Positions 1 through 9,499 of a stretch of 64,000 nt of DNA are shown here, in pieces. The position numbers were made by a program, and so were the translations under genes. How positions within the stretch are numbered: position 1 is the first letter of the stretch; each line of letters begins with the position of its first letter. The stretch lies in NCBI GenBank assembly GCA_041690395.1, contig JAWLHJ010000002.1, positions 532,751 to 596,750 on the forward strand, written 5' to 3'. This stretch comes from Longimicrobiales bacterium. Lineage in GTDB: Bacteria; Gemmatimonadota; Gemmatimonadetes; Longimicrobiales; Gaopeijiaceae. Under the pieces are notes generated by a model. That model saw only the letters and a list, made by a program, of their open reading frames with translations, was not told where the DNA came from and did not search any database.

Positions 1-14
1 GGAGCTCGCCCGGA

Positions 15-1514
15 ATGCCCCGCCCCCTCCCGCCGTCATTCCCGATGGTCGCCACGCTCGCATGCGCGATCCTGCCCTGGCCGATGAGCCCCGCCACCGT
101 GCACGCCCAGGACCCCAAGACGGTCGTGGCCGACTTCATCGACACCCACTCCGCGCGCTACGGTGCGCTCGCCCAGGAGATCTGGGATCTCGCGGAGGTG
201 GGCTATCAGGAGACGGAGAGCGCCGGCCGGCTCGCCGCTACCCTCGCCGAGGCGGGCTTCGAGGTCGACATGGGAGTCGGTGGGATGCCGACGGCCTTCG
301 TGGCGCGCTGGCGGCAGGGCGACGGCCCGGTGATCGGCATCCTCGCCGAATACGACGCGCTCCCGGGCATCACGCAGGACCGCTCGCCCGAGCGGGCACC
401 CCTCGACCACCAGGCGGCCGGGCATGCGTGCGGGCACCACCTGTTCGGCGCGGGCTCGGTCGCGGCGGCCGCGGCGACGAAGGCGTGGATGGAGCGCTCC
501 GGCCAGCCCGGCGAGCTCCGGGTCTACGGAACGCCGGCCGAGGAGGGCGGCGCCGGCAAGGTCTACATGGTCCGCGACGGCCTCTTCTCCGATGTCGACA
601 TCGTGCTCCACTGGCACGCCGGCGACCGCAACGAAGCGGGCGCCTACAGCACGCTCGCCAACAAGTCGGCGACGTTCCGGTTCAGCGGCGTCTCGGCGCA
701 CGCGGCGGCCTCGCCGGAGCGGGGCCGCTCCGCGCTCGACGGGGTCGAGGCGATGAACCACATGGTCAACCTCATGCGCGAGCACGTCGAGCAGGAGACG
801 CGCATCCATTATGTGATCACGAACGGCGGCGCCGCGCCCAACGTCGTCCCGGACCTGGCCGAGGCGTACTACTACGTCCGGCATCCCGACCCGGCCGAAG
901 TCGCCTCGGTCTTCGATCGGATCGTCCAGGCGGCCGAAGGCGCCGCGCTCGGCACCGAGACCAGCGTCGAGGTCGAAGTCCTCCACGGCATCTACAACCT
1001 GCTGCCCAACGTCGCGCTCCAGGAGGCGATGCACGCCAACCTCGAACGCGTGGGCGGCGTCCGGTACGACGAGCGGGAGCGGGCCTTCGCCGAGATCCTC
1101 CGCCGATCGCTCCCCGTCGACGCACCACCGGTCGAGGCCGCGGCGGCCGTCGAGCCGTTCTCGATCATGGACGGCGCCGGCTCCTGGTCGACGGACGTCG
1201 CCGACGTCAGCTGGGTCGTGCCGACCGCCGGCCTCAGCGCGGCGACCTGGGTACCGGGCACCGCGACGCACTCGTGGCAGGCGGTCGCGGCCGGCGGGAC
1301 GTCGATCGGCGACAAGGGGATGGTCGTCGCCGCCAAGACGCTCGCGATGACGGCGGTCGACCTCCTGACGAGCCCGGAGCTGATCCAGAGGGCGAACGCC
1401 GAGTATCGGGAGCGAATCCCCCGGGGGTGGACGTACGAGCCGCTCCTCGGCGACCGCGACCCACCGCTCGACTACCGGGTCGGGACCGACGCCGCGAGCG
1501 GGTCGGAGCGCTGA
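15..1514 (+). CDS. M20 family amidohydrolase (AbgB-like), probably exported
   Basis: Motifs GILAEYDALPG, GHACGHH, GTPAEEGG, SAHAA, GGAAPNVVP and STDVADVSW; N-terminal hydrophobic stretch ending VHA-Q. Start codon uncertain. Confidence 0.9.
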   Translation: MPRPLPPSFPMVATLACAILPWPMSPATVHAQDPKTVVADFIDTHSARYGALAQEIWDLAEVGYQETESAGRLAATLAEAGFEVDMGVGGMPTAFVARWRQGDGPVIGILAEYDALPGITQDRSPERAPLDHQAAGHACGHHLFGAGSVAAAAATKAWMERSGQPGELRVYGTPAEEGGAGKVYMVRDGLFSDVDIVLHWHAGDRNEAGAYSTLANKSATFRFSGVSAHAAASPERGRSALDGVEAMNHMVNLMREHVEQETRIHYVITNGGAAPNVVPDLAEAYYYVRHPDPAEVASVFDRIVQAAEGAALGTETSVEVEVLHGIYNLLPNVALQEAMHANLERVGGVRYDERERAFAEILRRSLPVDAPPVEAAAAVEPFSIMDGAGSWSTDVADVSWVVPTAGLSAATWVPGTATHSWQAVAAGGTSIGDKGMVVAAKTLAMTAVDLLTSPELIQRANAEYRERIPRGWTYEPLLGDRDPPLDYRVGTDAASGSER

Positions 1515-1569
1515 CAGCCGGCCCAGCGGACGGCGGGCCAGCCCGGTAGCGCAGGCCCCGCCCGCGGCC

Positions 1570-1595
1570 GAAACCGGCCCCGGAGCCGGTCCGTA
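1570..1595 (+). promoter_or_regulatory. Possible ECF-sigma promoter (GAAAC-N17-CGTA)
   Basis: GAAAC at 1570-1574 and CGTA at 1592-1595, 35 nt before the permease ATG. Short motif that could be chance. Confidence 0.3.
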
Positions 1596-1630
1596 GGGAG
1601 GTCCAACGAAAACCTCCGACGGATCGGTCC

Positions 1631-4111
1631 ATGGACGCGCTCGCAACGAATCTCCGCTACACGCTCCGGAAGCTGACCCGCGCTCCGCTGTTCAGCGCGG
1701 TCGCCATCCTCACGCTGGCCGTCGGCATCGGCAGCACGGCGGCGATCTTCAGCGTCGTCCACGGCGTGCTCTTGCGGCCTCTGCCGTTCGAAGACCCCGA
1801 GCGGCTGGTCGGTATCTGGCACACCGCCCCGGGGCTCGGCTTCGACGAGGTGAACCAGTCGCCCGCGCTCCACTTCTACTACGCCGACAACGGGCGCAGC
1901 TTCGCTTCGATCGGCATGTGGGACAACGGCAGCGCGACCGTGACCGGGCTTTCGGAGCCCGAGATGGTTCCGACCATGAACGTCACGCACCAGACGCTTC
2001 CGATGCTCGGCGTCACCCCCATCCTGGGGCGAACGTTCACGGAGCTCGAGGACACACCGGACGGGCCGCAAGCGGTCATCCTCTCCCATGGCTACTGGGA
2101 GCGCCGGTTCGGAGCGGATCCCGGCGCACTCGGACGAACCCTCATCGTCAACGGCGTCACGCGCGAGGTCGTCGGTGTGCTCCCCGAGCGCTTCTCGTTC
2201 ATGAGCGACGACGCGGAGCTGTACCTCCCCTTCCGCTTCGACCGATCGAACGTCTTCGTCGGCAACTTCAGCTACCAGGGGATCGCCCGGTTGGCCGACG
2301 GTACCACCCTCGAGCAGGCGAACCAGGACATCGCCCGGATGGCTCCGCTCGCCACCGAGGCGTATCCGGGCGGCATCACCCGCACGATCCTCGAACAGGC
2401 GCAGTTCGGGCCGTCCGTGCGCCCGCTGAAGGAAGACGTGGTGGGCGACGTGGGCAGCGTCCTCTGGGTGCTGCTCGGCACGGTCGCGATCGTGCTCCTC
2501 ATCGCGTGCGCCAACGTGGCGAACCTCTTCCTCGTGCGCACCGAGGGCCGGCATCGCGAGATGGCCGTGCGAGCCGCCATGGGCGCGGGGCGTCGAGGCA
2601 TCGCGGGCCAGCTCGTGCTGGAGAGCCTCGTGCTCGGGATATCCGGCGGCGTGCTCGGGCTGGCCCTCGCGTTCGGCGGGCTGAAGCTGCTCGTGGCGCT
2701 GGGACCCGCGACGCTGCCCCGATTGGCCGAGATCGGCATCGATCCGGTCGTGCTCGCCTTCACGCTCGCGACGTCCGTGGCGGCGGGACTGCTCTTCGGA
2801 GCCTTCCCGGCGCTTCGCGTCAGAGCGACGGACCTGGCGGGAAGCCTCAAGGAGGGCGGCCGCGGCGGCAGTGCCGGCCGGGAGCGGCACCGCGCCCGCA
2901 ACACGCTGGTCGTGGCGCAGATCGCGCTGGCCCTCGTGCTGCTGGCCGGATCGGGGCTCATGATCCGCAGCTTCCAGGCGCTCCGGGCGGTGGATCCCGG
3001 ATTCACCGCTCCCGAGGAGGTGCTCACCTTCCGCGTGGCGATCCCCACGGCCGAGATCGAGCCGCCCCTCGAGGTCGCCCAGGCCCACCAGCGTATCCTC
3101 CGGGCGCTCGAGGCCCTTCCCGGGGTCGCCGCCGCCTCCATGAGCACGTCCGTGGTCATGGACGGCTCCGACAGCAACGACGCGCTCGAGGCCGAGGCCA
3201 ACCCTGTGCCGCCCGGCCAGATCCCGCCCATCCGTCGGTACAAGTTCCTCGCGCCCGGCTACTTCCAGACCCTCGGCAATCACATGGTGGCGGGCCGGGA
3301 CTTCACCTGGGCCGACATCGAGGACCGGAACCCCGTGGTCGTCCTGAGCGAGTCGCTCGCCCGGGCCGAGTTCGGAAGCGCCGACGCGGCTCTCGGCCAG
3401 CGGGTCCGGCAGTCGTTCGGCGAGGGCGCGGACTTCCAGTGGTACGAGGTCGTCGGTGTCGCCGCCGACGAACGGGACGACGGCATGGCCCAGGACCCCG
3501 TGCCGACCGTGTTCTGGCCCCAGGTGACCGAGGACTTCTACGGGACCGAAGGCGTCTACGCCCAGCGCTCGATGGCCTTCGCGGTCCGCGTGCGGAGCGG
3601 AGACCCGATGGCGCTACTGCCGGCCGCCCGCGAGGCAGTCTGGACGGTGAACCCGAACCTGCCGCTCGCGCGCGTCTCCACCCTCGAGGAGCTCGCGAGC
3701 CGGAGCATGGCACGTACCTCGTTCACGCTCGTCATGCTGGCGATCGCCGCCGGCGTGGCGCTGTTCCTCGGCATCGTGGGCATCTACGGCGTCATCTCGT
3801 ACATCGTGTCGCAGCGCACCCGGGAGATCGGCGTCCGCATGGCGCTCGGCGCGGAGCGGATCGACGTCAGCCGCATGGTCCTGAAGCAGGCCCTTCTGCT
3901 CGCACTGGGCGGCGTGGGCATCGGACTCGCCGCGGCGGCCGGGTCGACGCGCCTGATGTCGTCGCTCCTCTACGGCGTCAGCCCGATGGATCCCCTGACA
4001 TTCGGTGGCGTGGCGCTCGCGCTGTGCGCAGTGGCGCTGCTCGCGAGCTGGATACCCGCCCGTCGCGCCGCGAGCGTCGACCCGCTGGAGGCGCTGCGGG
4101 CCGAGGGCTGA
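1631..4111 (+). CDS. Duplicated MacB/FtsX-type ABC permease (ADOP-like orphan permease)
   Basis: N-terminal TLAVGIGSTAAIFSVV, LLIACANVANL, REMAVRAAMGA, a second repeat QRTREIGVRMALGA, and C-terminal PARRAASVDPLEALRAE. Confidence 0.93.
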   Translation: MDALATNLRYTLRKLTRAPLFSAVAILTLAVGIGSTAAIFSVVHGVLLRPLPFEDPERLVGIWHTAPGLGFDEVNQSPALHFYYADNGRSFASIGMWDNGSATVTGLSEPEMVPTMNVTHQTLPMLGVTPILGRTFTELEDTPDGPQAVILSHGYWERRFGADPGALGRTLIVNGVTREVVGVLPERFSFMSDDAELYLPFRFDRSNVFVGNFSYQGIARLADGTTLEQANQDIARMAPLATEAYPGGITRTILEQAQFGPSVRPLKEDVVGDVGSVLWVLLGTVAIVLLIACANVANLFLVRTEGRHREMAVRAAMGAGRRGIAGQLVLESLVLGISGGVLGLALAFGGLKLLVALGPATLPRLAEIGIDPVVLAFTLATSVAAGLLFGAFPALRVRATDLAGSLKEGGRGGSAGRERHRARNTLVVAQIALALVLLAGSGLMIRSFQALRAVDPGFTAPEEVLTFRVAIPTAEIEPPLEVAQAHQRILRALEALPGVAAASMSTSVVMDGSDSNDALEAEANPVPPGQIPPIRRYKFLAPGYFQTLGNHMVAGRDFTWADIEDRNPVVVLSESLARAEFGSADAALGQRVRQSFGEGADFQWYEVVGVAADERDDGMAQDPVPTVFWPQVTEDFYGTEGVYAQRSMAFAVRVRSGDPMALLPAAREAVWTVNPNLPLARVSTLEELASRSMARTSFTLVMLAIAAGVALFLGIVGIYGVISYIVSQRTREIGVRMALGAERIDVSRMVLKQALLLALGGVGIGLAAAAGSTRLMSSLLYGVSPMDPLTFGGVALALCAVALLASWIPARRAASVDPLEALRAEG

Positions 4112-4189
4112 CCGCGACGTCGTCGCTGGACCCCCGGCGCCCGCTCCCTCAGATTCGGGACTCCCCCCGGATCTGGAGGAAGCGCCCGC

Positions 4190-4753
4190 ATGATCGACAT
4201 CCTGACACGGCCCTGGCCGTGGTACGTCGCCGGCCCGCTCATCGGACTCGTCGTCCCGTTCGTCTACTGGTTCGGCGGCAAGAAGTGGGGCGTCTCCTCG
4301 TCGCTCCAGCACCTTTGCGCCGCCATGGCGCCCGCCGGCATCGAGTACTTCCGCTACGACTGGAAGCGCCGCGGAGCGTGGCACCTGGCCATGGCGAGCG
4401 GCATGGTCGTCGGGGGCTTCGTCGGATGGCGCGTCCTCTCCGAGCCGGGCCATACCGTCGACATCGCCAGCTCGACCGTGGCGACCCTCACGGACCTCGG
4501 CGTCCGTGACTTCTCGGGGATGCTTCCGTCGGATCTCTTCAGCCTGCAGGCGCTCGGGAGCTTCCCGGGCCTCGTGCTGATCGTCGGCGGAGGATTCCTG
4601 GTCGGCTTCGGGGCGCGCTACGCCAACGGTTGCACGAGCGGACACGCCATCTCCGGGCTCGCCAACCTGCAGCGCTCGTCGCTGGTGGCCGTCCTCGGCT
4701 TCTTCGCGGGCGGACTGTTCGCGGCCCACGTCCTGCTTCCCTGGATCTTCTGA
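4190..4753 (+). CDS. YeeE/YedE family sulfur-compound transporter subunit
   Basis: PWPWYVAGPLIG and GFGARYANGCTSGHAISG motifs; multiple transmembrane segments. Confidence 0.9.
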   Translation: MIDILTRPWPWYVAGPLIGLVVPFVYWFGGKKWGVSSSLQHLCAAMAPAGIEYFRYDWKRRGAWHLAMASGMVVGGFVGWRVLSEPGHTVDIASSTVATLTDLGVRDFSGMLPSDLFSLQALGSFPGLVLIVGGGFLVGFGARYANGCTSGHAISGLANLQRSSLVAVLGFFAGGLFAAHVLLPWIF

Positions 4754-4755
4754 CG

Positions 4756-5235
4756 ATGGCCACCTCGACCTCGACCCCGGACCGCCCGGCGGCGCACGAA
4801 GAGCCCGGGACGTCCGAGCCGCTCTTCGTCTACTTCCTGCTCGGCCTCTACCTCGGCGTGATCTTCATCAAGTCGGAGGTGGCGTCCTGGTTCAGGATCC
4901 AGGAGATGTTCCACTTCGACGCGCTCCACATGTACGGGGTGATCGGCGCGGCGGTGGGCGTAGGCGCCCTGTCCGTGTTCGTGATGAAGAGGCGACGCGC
5001 CCGCACGGTGCGCGGCGAGGAGATCGCCTTCCCGTCCGGGGCGGAGATCGTCCCCACGAAGCAGCACGTGTTCGGCGGACTGGCCTTCGGGCTCGGCTGG
5101 GGGCTGATCGGTGCCTGCCCCGGTCCGCTCTTCGCCCTCGTCGGGAGCGGGGTCCCCGTGATGCTCGTCGGCCTGGTCTCCGCGATGGCCGGCGCATGGG
5201 GCTACGGTCTGCTGAAGCCCTACCTTCCGCACTGA
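4756..5235 (+). CDS. YeeE/YedE family partner subunit
   Basis: SWFRIQEMF and GGLAFGLGWGLIGACPGP motifs; ATG lies 2 nt after the upstream stop (start reassigned from 4630). Confidence 0.88.
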   Translation: MATSTSTPDRPAAHEEPGTSEPLFVYFLLGLYLGVIFIKSEVASWFRIQEMFHFDALHMYGVIGAAVGVGALSVFVMKRRRARTVRGEEIAFPSGAEIVPTKQHVFGGLAFGLGWGLIGACPGPLFALVGSGVPVMLVGLVSAMAGAWGYGLLKPYLPH

Positions 5236-5274
5236 CGGCTCTTCCCGCGACGGCCCTCTTCTCCCGGCTCCACC

Positions 5275-6969
5275 ATGTCCGACGGCACGAAACTCCCCAC
5301 GCTCAACCGTCACAGCGCGACGGTCACCCAGGACCCTGCCCACGCGAGCGCCCAGGCCATGCTGTACGCGACCGGCCTGACCCGCTCCGACATGTCGAAG
5401 GCCCAGATCGGTATCGCCTCGATGTGGTGGCAGGGAAATCCGTGCAACATGCACCTCCTCGACCTGGCCGGTGCCGTGGCGGAGGGCGTCACGGAGGCGG
5501 GGCTCCTCCCCATGCGGTTCAACACGATCGGGGTGAGCGACGGCATCTCCATGGGCACGGACGGCATGAGCTACTCGCTCCCGTCACGCGACCTGATCGC
5601 CGATTCGATCGAGACCGTCATGCGCGCCCAGTGGTACGACGGCAACATCGGCATCCCCGGATGTGACAAGAACATGCCGGGCACGCTGATGGCGATGGCC
5701 CGGGTGGACCGGCCGGCCATCATGGTCTACGGAGGCACGATCCGCGCCGGGAAGCTCGACGGTGAGGCGCTCGACATCGTCAGCGCGTTCGAGAGCTACG
5801 GCGCGCTCCTGTCGGGCAGGATCGACGAGAGCCGCTTCGAGGCCGTGGTGGCGCACGCATGCCCTGGAGCCGGCGCCTGCGGCGGCATGTACACGGCGAA
5901 CACGATGGCGAGCGCGGCCGAGGCGATGGGCATGACCCTTCCCTACAGCGCCTCGACGCCGGCCACCGATCCCGCGAAGCAGGCGGAATGCCGGGCGGCG
6001 GGCGCGGCCCTCCGACGGCTGCTCGAGGAAGGCATCACGCCCCGGACCATCATGACGCGCGCCGCGTTCGAGAACGCGATGGTGCTGGTGACCGCCCTGG
6101 GCGGCTCCACCAACGCGGTGCTGCATCTCATCGCCATCGCCAGGGCTGCCGGCGTCGAGCTGGGGCTGGACGACTTCCAGGCCGTGAGCGCGCGGGTCCC
6201 CTACCTGGCGGACCTGAAGCCGAGCGGCCGGTGGGTCATGGAAGACCTTCACCGTGTGGGCGGAGTGCCCGCCGTGCTCAAGCTCCTCCTCGAGCACGGG
6301 CTCGTCGACGGCGGCTGCCTGACGGCCACCGGCCGCACGCTGGAGGAGAACCTCGCCGACCTGCCCGGCCTGGCGGCAGGACAGGAGATCGTCCGCCCCG
6401 TGGACGACCCCATCAAGCCGACGGGTCATCTCCGGATCCTGCGCGGGAGCCTCGCTCCCGAGGGAGCGGTGGCGAAGATCACTGGGAAGGAGGGGCTCCG
6501 TTTCTCCGGCCCCGCTCGTGTCTACGACCGGGAGGAGGCCGCGCTGTCGGGGCTTCAACGTGGCGAGGTCCGGCCGGGCGACGTGGTCGTCATCCGCTAC
6601 GAGGGGCCGCGCGGAGGGCCGGGGATGCCGGAGATGCTCACGATCACGTCGGCCATCGTGGGCGCGGGCCTCGGCGGCTCCGTCGCGCTGGTGACGGACG
6701 GACGGTTCTCCGGAGGCAGCCACGGCTTCGTCGTGGGGCACGTGACCCCGGAAGCCCAGTCGGGGGGCCCGATCGCACTGGTGCGGGACGGCGACACGCT
6801 CACCATCGACGCCGAGGCGGACCGCATCGAGTGGGCCGTGGACGAGCACGTGCGAGCCGAACGTCGCGCCGCGTGGTCCGAGCCGCCGCTGCCGGTGACG
6901 CACGGTGTGCTCAGGCGCTACGTCCGTACGGTCTCGTCGGCGTCCCTCGGCTGCGTGACGGACACGTGA
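5275..6969 (+). CDS. ilvD: Dihydroxy-acid dehydratase
   Basis: [46 protein letters not shown] and TDGRFSGG motifs. Confidence 0.97.
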   Translation: MSDGTKLPTLNRHSATVTQDPAHASAQAMLYATGLTRSDMSKAQIGIASMWWQGNPCNMHLLDLAGAVAEGVTEAGLLPMRFNTIGVSDGISMGTDGMSYSLPSRDLIADSIETVMRAQWYDGNIGIPGCDKNMPGTLMAMARVDRPAIMVYGGTIRAGKLDGEALDIVSAFESYGALLSGRIDESRFEAVVAHACPGAGACGGMYTANTMASAAEAMGMTLPYSASTPATDPAKQAECRAAGAALRRLLEEGITPRTIMTRAAFENAMVLVTALGGSTNAVLHLIAIARAAGVELGLDDFQAVSARVPYLADLKPSGRWVMEDLHRVGGVPAVLKLLLEHGLVDGGCLTATGRTLEENLADLPGLAAGQEIVRPVDDPIKPTGHLRILRGSLAPEGAVAKITGKEGLRFSGPARVYDREEAALSGLQRGEVRPGDVVVIRYEGPRGGPGMPEMLTITSAIVGAGLGGSVALVTDGRFSGGSHGFVVGHVTPEAQSGGPIALVRDGDTLTIDAEADRIEWAVDEHVRAERRAAWSEPPLPVTHGVLRRYVRTVSSASLGCVTDT

Positions 6970-7015
6970 GCCGCGTAGCCCGCCGGGGGGCGAGCCGGCC
7001 GCGGGTGATTCACCC

Positions 7016-7960
7016 GTGAGGGCAGCGGTGATCGGAGCCGGCGGGCTCGGGAGCTACGTGGCGGCGACTCTCGTCCAGGCCGGCCACGACGTCTCTCTCG
7101 TGGTGAGGGGAGAGCACGGAGAGGCCGTTCGCGACGGGGGCATCCGCGTCGACGCTCCCGACGGTTCGTTCGTGGCCCACCCCCGCTGCGTCGAACCGGG
7201 CGGGGACTTCGGCGCCGTCGACGTCGCGTTCGTGGCAGTGAAGTCCTACTCCCTCGGGGAAGTCTCCGAGAGGCTGGCGGGGCTCGCCGCCGACGGGGCG
7301 GTCGTCGTCCCGCTCCTCAACGGTGTCGACGTGTCGGCACGGCTGGTGGCGTCCGGCGTGACCCCCGAAGCCCTGGTCGACGGGGTGGCCTACCTCACGG
7401 CGTTCCGGAGCGGCCCGGGGCGAATCGAGCGTAAGGGCGAGCATCAGCGTCTGGTCATCGGATCGTCGACCGGTGCCGGACCAGGAGCCATCGAGCGGGT
7501 GCGGGCACTCTTCGAGGCGACCCCGGTCGAGATCGAGATCGCCGACGACATCGGGGTGGCGCTCTGGCAGAAGATGGCCGTCGTCTGCTCGCTGGCCATG
7601 ATCTGCGGGATGACCGGATCGGCCCTCGGCCCCATACGAGCGCATCCGTTCGGAGCGTCGCTCCAGAGGCGCTCCATCGCCGAGGTGCTCTCGGTCGGCC
7701 GGGCCACGGGGGTGCCACTTCCCGTCGACGCCGAGGCACGGGTGGGCGCAACGCTCGACGCGTTCCCGGACGACTTCTATCCGAGCGTGCTGCACGACCT
7801 CAGGAGCGGCCGGAAGACCGAGATGGACGACCTGGGGGGCGCTGTCGCCCGCATCGGACGTGAACACGGGGTCGAGGCCCCGCTCGCGGAGGCGGCCACC
7901 TGCGCGGTAGCGCTTCTGGAGGCCACGCCCGGCCGGAAAAAGAGCGGCCCCGGATGGTGA
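7016..7960 (+). CDS. panE: Ketopantoate reductase family protein
   Basis: Rossmann GAGGLG, VAVKSY, LLNG, LWQK and SVLHDLRSGRKTE motifs. Confidence 0.85.
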   Translation: MRAAVIGAGGLGSYVAATLVQAGHDVSLVVRGEHGEAVRDGGIRVDAPDGSFVAHPRCVEPGGDFGAVDVAFVAVKSYSLGEVSERLAGLAADGAVVVPLLNGVDVSARLVASGVTPEALVDGVAYLTAFRSGPGRIERKGEHQRLVIGSSTGAGPGAIERVRALFEATPVEIEIADDIGVALWQKMAVVCSLAMICGMTGSALGPIRAHPFGASLQRRSIAEVLSVGRATGVPLPVDAEARVGATLDAFPDDFYPSVLHDLRSGRKTEMDDLGGAVARIGREHGVEAPLAEAATCAVALLEATPGRKKSGPGW

Positions 7961-8190
7961 CCCATCCGGGGCCGACGCGCGCCGAGACATCGCCTCGAAG
8001 CGCACGCCACGCTCCGCGCCTTCCACCAAACACAACCCCTCCTCCACGGCGCATCACGTATCCCTTCTCCCTGTACGACGAGAGGCGGGCCGAAAAGGTT
8101 GCAGCCCGACCGGCAACCCGAGCGGCCGTCGCGGTGTAGAGCCCGTCGACACCGACGTGTTACCGTTCAGCTTCTGAACCCATCCAGATC

Positions 8191-9420
8191 GTGGAGCTTC
8201 CGTTGGCCTCTCAGCAATCGCGCATCGTTCTGGGCCTCGTCCTCGCGGCGGCGGCCGGCCCGACCGTCAGCCCCCTGGCCGCCCAGGACGAGATCCCGAC
8301 CGGACTCGCCCGGCTCGAGATGGAGCGTTCCCGGCAGTGCGTGCCGGTGCTCGCACGGCTGGACGCCCTCGAGGGGCAGCTCGAGCCGCTGGCCGTACGC
8401 TCCCAGCGTCTGATCGCGCTGGCGAACGCCATCGCCCTCGAAGACCGGAGCGCCGCCGAGCCGTTCGACACGGCGAACGCGCTGGAAGCCGAGGTCGCCG
8501 CCTGGTTCGACCGCGACATGGAGCTCGCGACGGCGTACGTCGAGACCGAGGACGACGCGCTGGTCGCGGAGCGTGATCAGGCCAGACAGGCCATCAAGGA
8601 CGCGGTCGCGGGCGCGCTCGCCGACGTCCAGGCGGAAGCGGACTCCATCATCGCAGCGGCGGGAAGCCTGACGACCTCGGTCGGCGGGTGCGACGGCGCG
8701 ATCCTCGTGAGGCCCGCGGTGATCGAGGCCTGTGAGGGCGTGGAAAGCCCGGTGTGCGAGCCGGCGAGGAGCGGCGGGGCCGAGAGCCCGTACCGGTTCG
8801 TCGACGACCCGGCCGATCTCTGGCAGGTCGAGGAAGTTCGGCCCTGGACCAGCCCGTCCCCGCTCGGCGTGGCCCCCGACGGTCAGATCGGCGGCGCCCG
8901 CACCGTGGGATACGCGCGCAACGGGAACGTGACGCTGACGCTCGCGTTCTCTCCGCTGCTCGGAAGCAGGGACGACTTCACTCCCGAGCAGCTCGAGCGC
9001 TTCCAGGCGATCGTCGACTCGGCCGGTTTCGCGTTCGAGCACCCTTCCGTGGCGTTCGTGCCGGCCCTAGCGCTGCGAGCGTCGGTCCCGGAGCCGCTCG
9101 CCGGAGAGACGCTCTACGTCCTCCACTTCGACACCCCCGACAGCGCCGACCCCCTGTGGACGGGTGAGGCGGGCACGGGCACAGCCGTCGAGGCGACCAT
9201 CCCCGTGGCGCCGAGACATCTCGGAAGACTCGCGGCGGGTCATCCGCTCAGCTTCACGGCGGTCACCGAAGACGAGGCCGGCACAGGGGGCGGCGAGGCC
9301 GTCTACAGCGTCCAGTTCACACCGCTGAACCAGTCGCCCGCGACCTCGGCGCTCATGGGGTACATGTCCGAACAACTCTCGGCGGACGTCCAGCAACTCG
9401 TGCCGGTCGGAGGACGCTGA
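8191..9420 (+). CDS. Hypothetical secreted protein
   Basis: Signal-peptide-like N-terminus (LAA-QD), helical N-terminal half, four Cys, coding-like codon bias. No family recognised. Confidence 0.75.
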   Translation: MELPLASQQSRIVLGLVLAAAAGPTVSPLAAQDEIPTGLARLEMERSRQCVPVLARLDALEGQLEPLAVRSQRLIALANAIALEDRSAAEPFDTANALEAEVAAWFDRDMELATAYVETEDDALVAERDQARQAIKDAVAGALADVQAEADSIIAAAGSLTTSVGGCDGAILVRPAVIEACEGVESPVCEPARSGGAESPYRFVDDPADLWQVEEVRPWTSPSPLGVAPDGQIGGARTVGYARNGNVTLTLAFSPLLGSRDDFTPEQLERFQAIVDSAGFAFEHPSVAFVPALALRASVPEPLAGETLYVLHFDTPDSADPLWTGEAGTGTAVEATIPVAPRHLGRLAAGHPLSFTAVTEDEAGTGGGEAVYSVQFTPLNQSPATSALMGYMSEQLSADVQQLVPVGGR

Positions 9421-9499
9421 CGGCCGGCGGGCCATCCCACCGGATCGGATCGCCTCCGGCGTTGCCCCCGGTGGCGAACCGACACCCGGACCTGCCCCG

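Noticed and set aside
36..1646. Long antisense or alternate-frame ORFs (this one; also 1918-4509, 27139-28896, 36756-38864, 56578-59085, 56756-59137, 59556-61460)
   Set aside because: They are R/G/P-rich shadows of well-supported genes, as expected in high-GC DNA, and contain no recognisable motifs.
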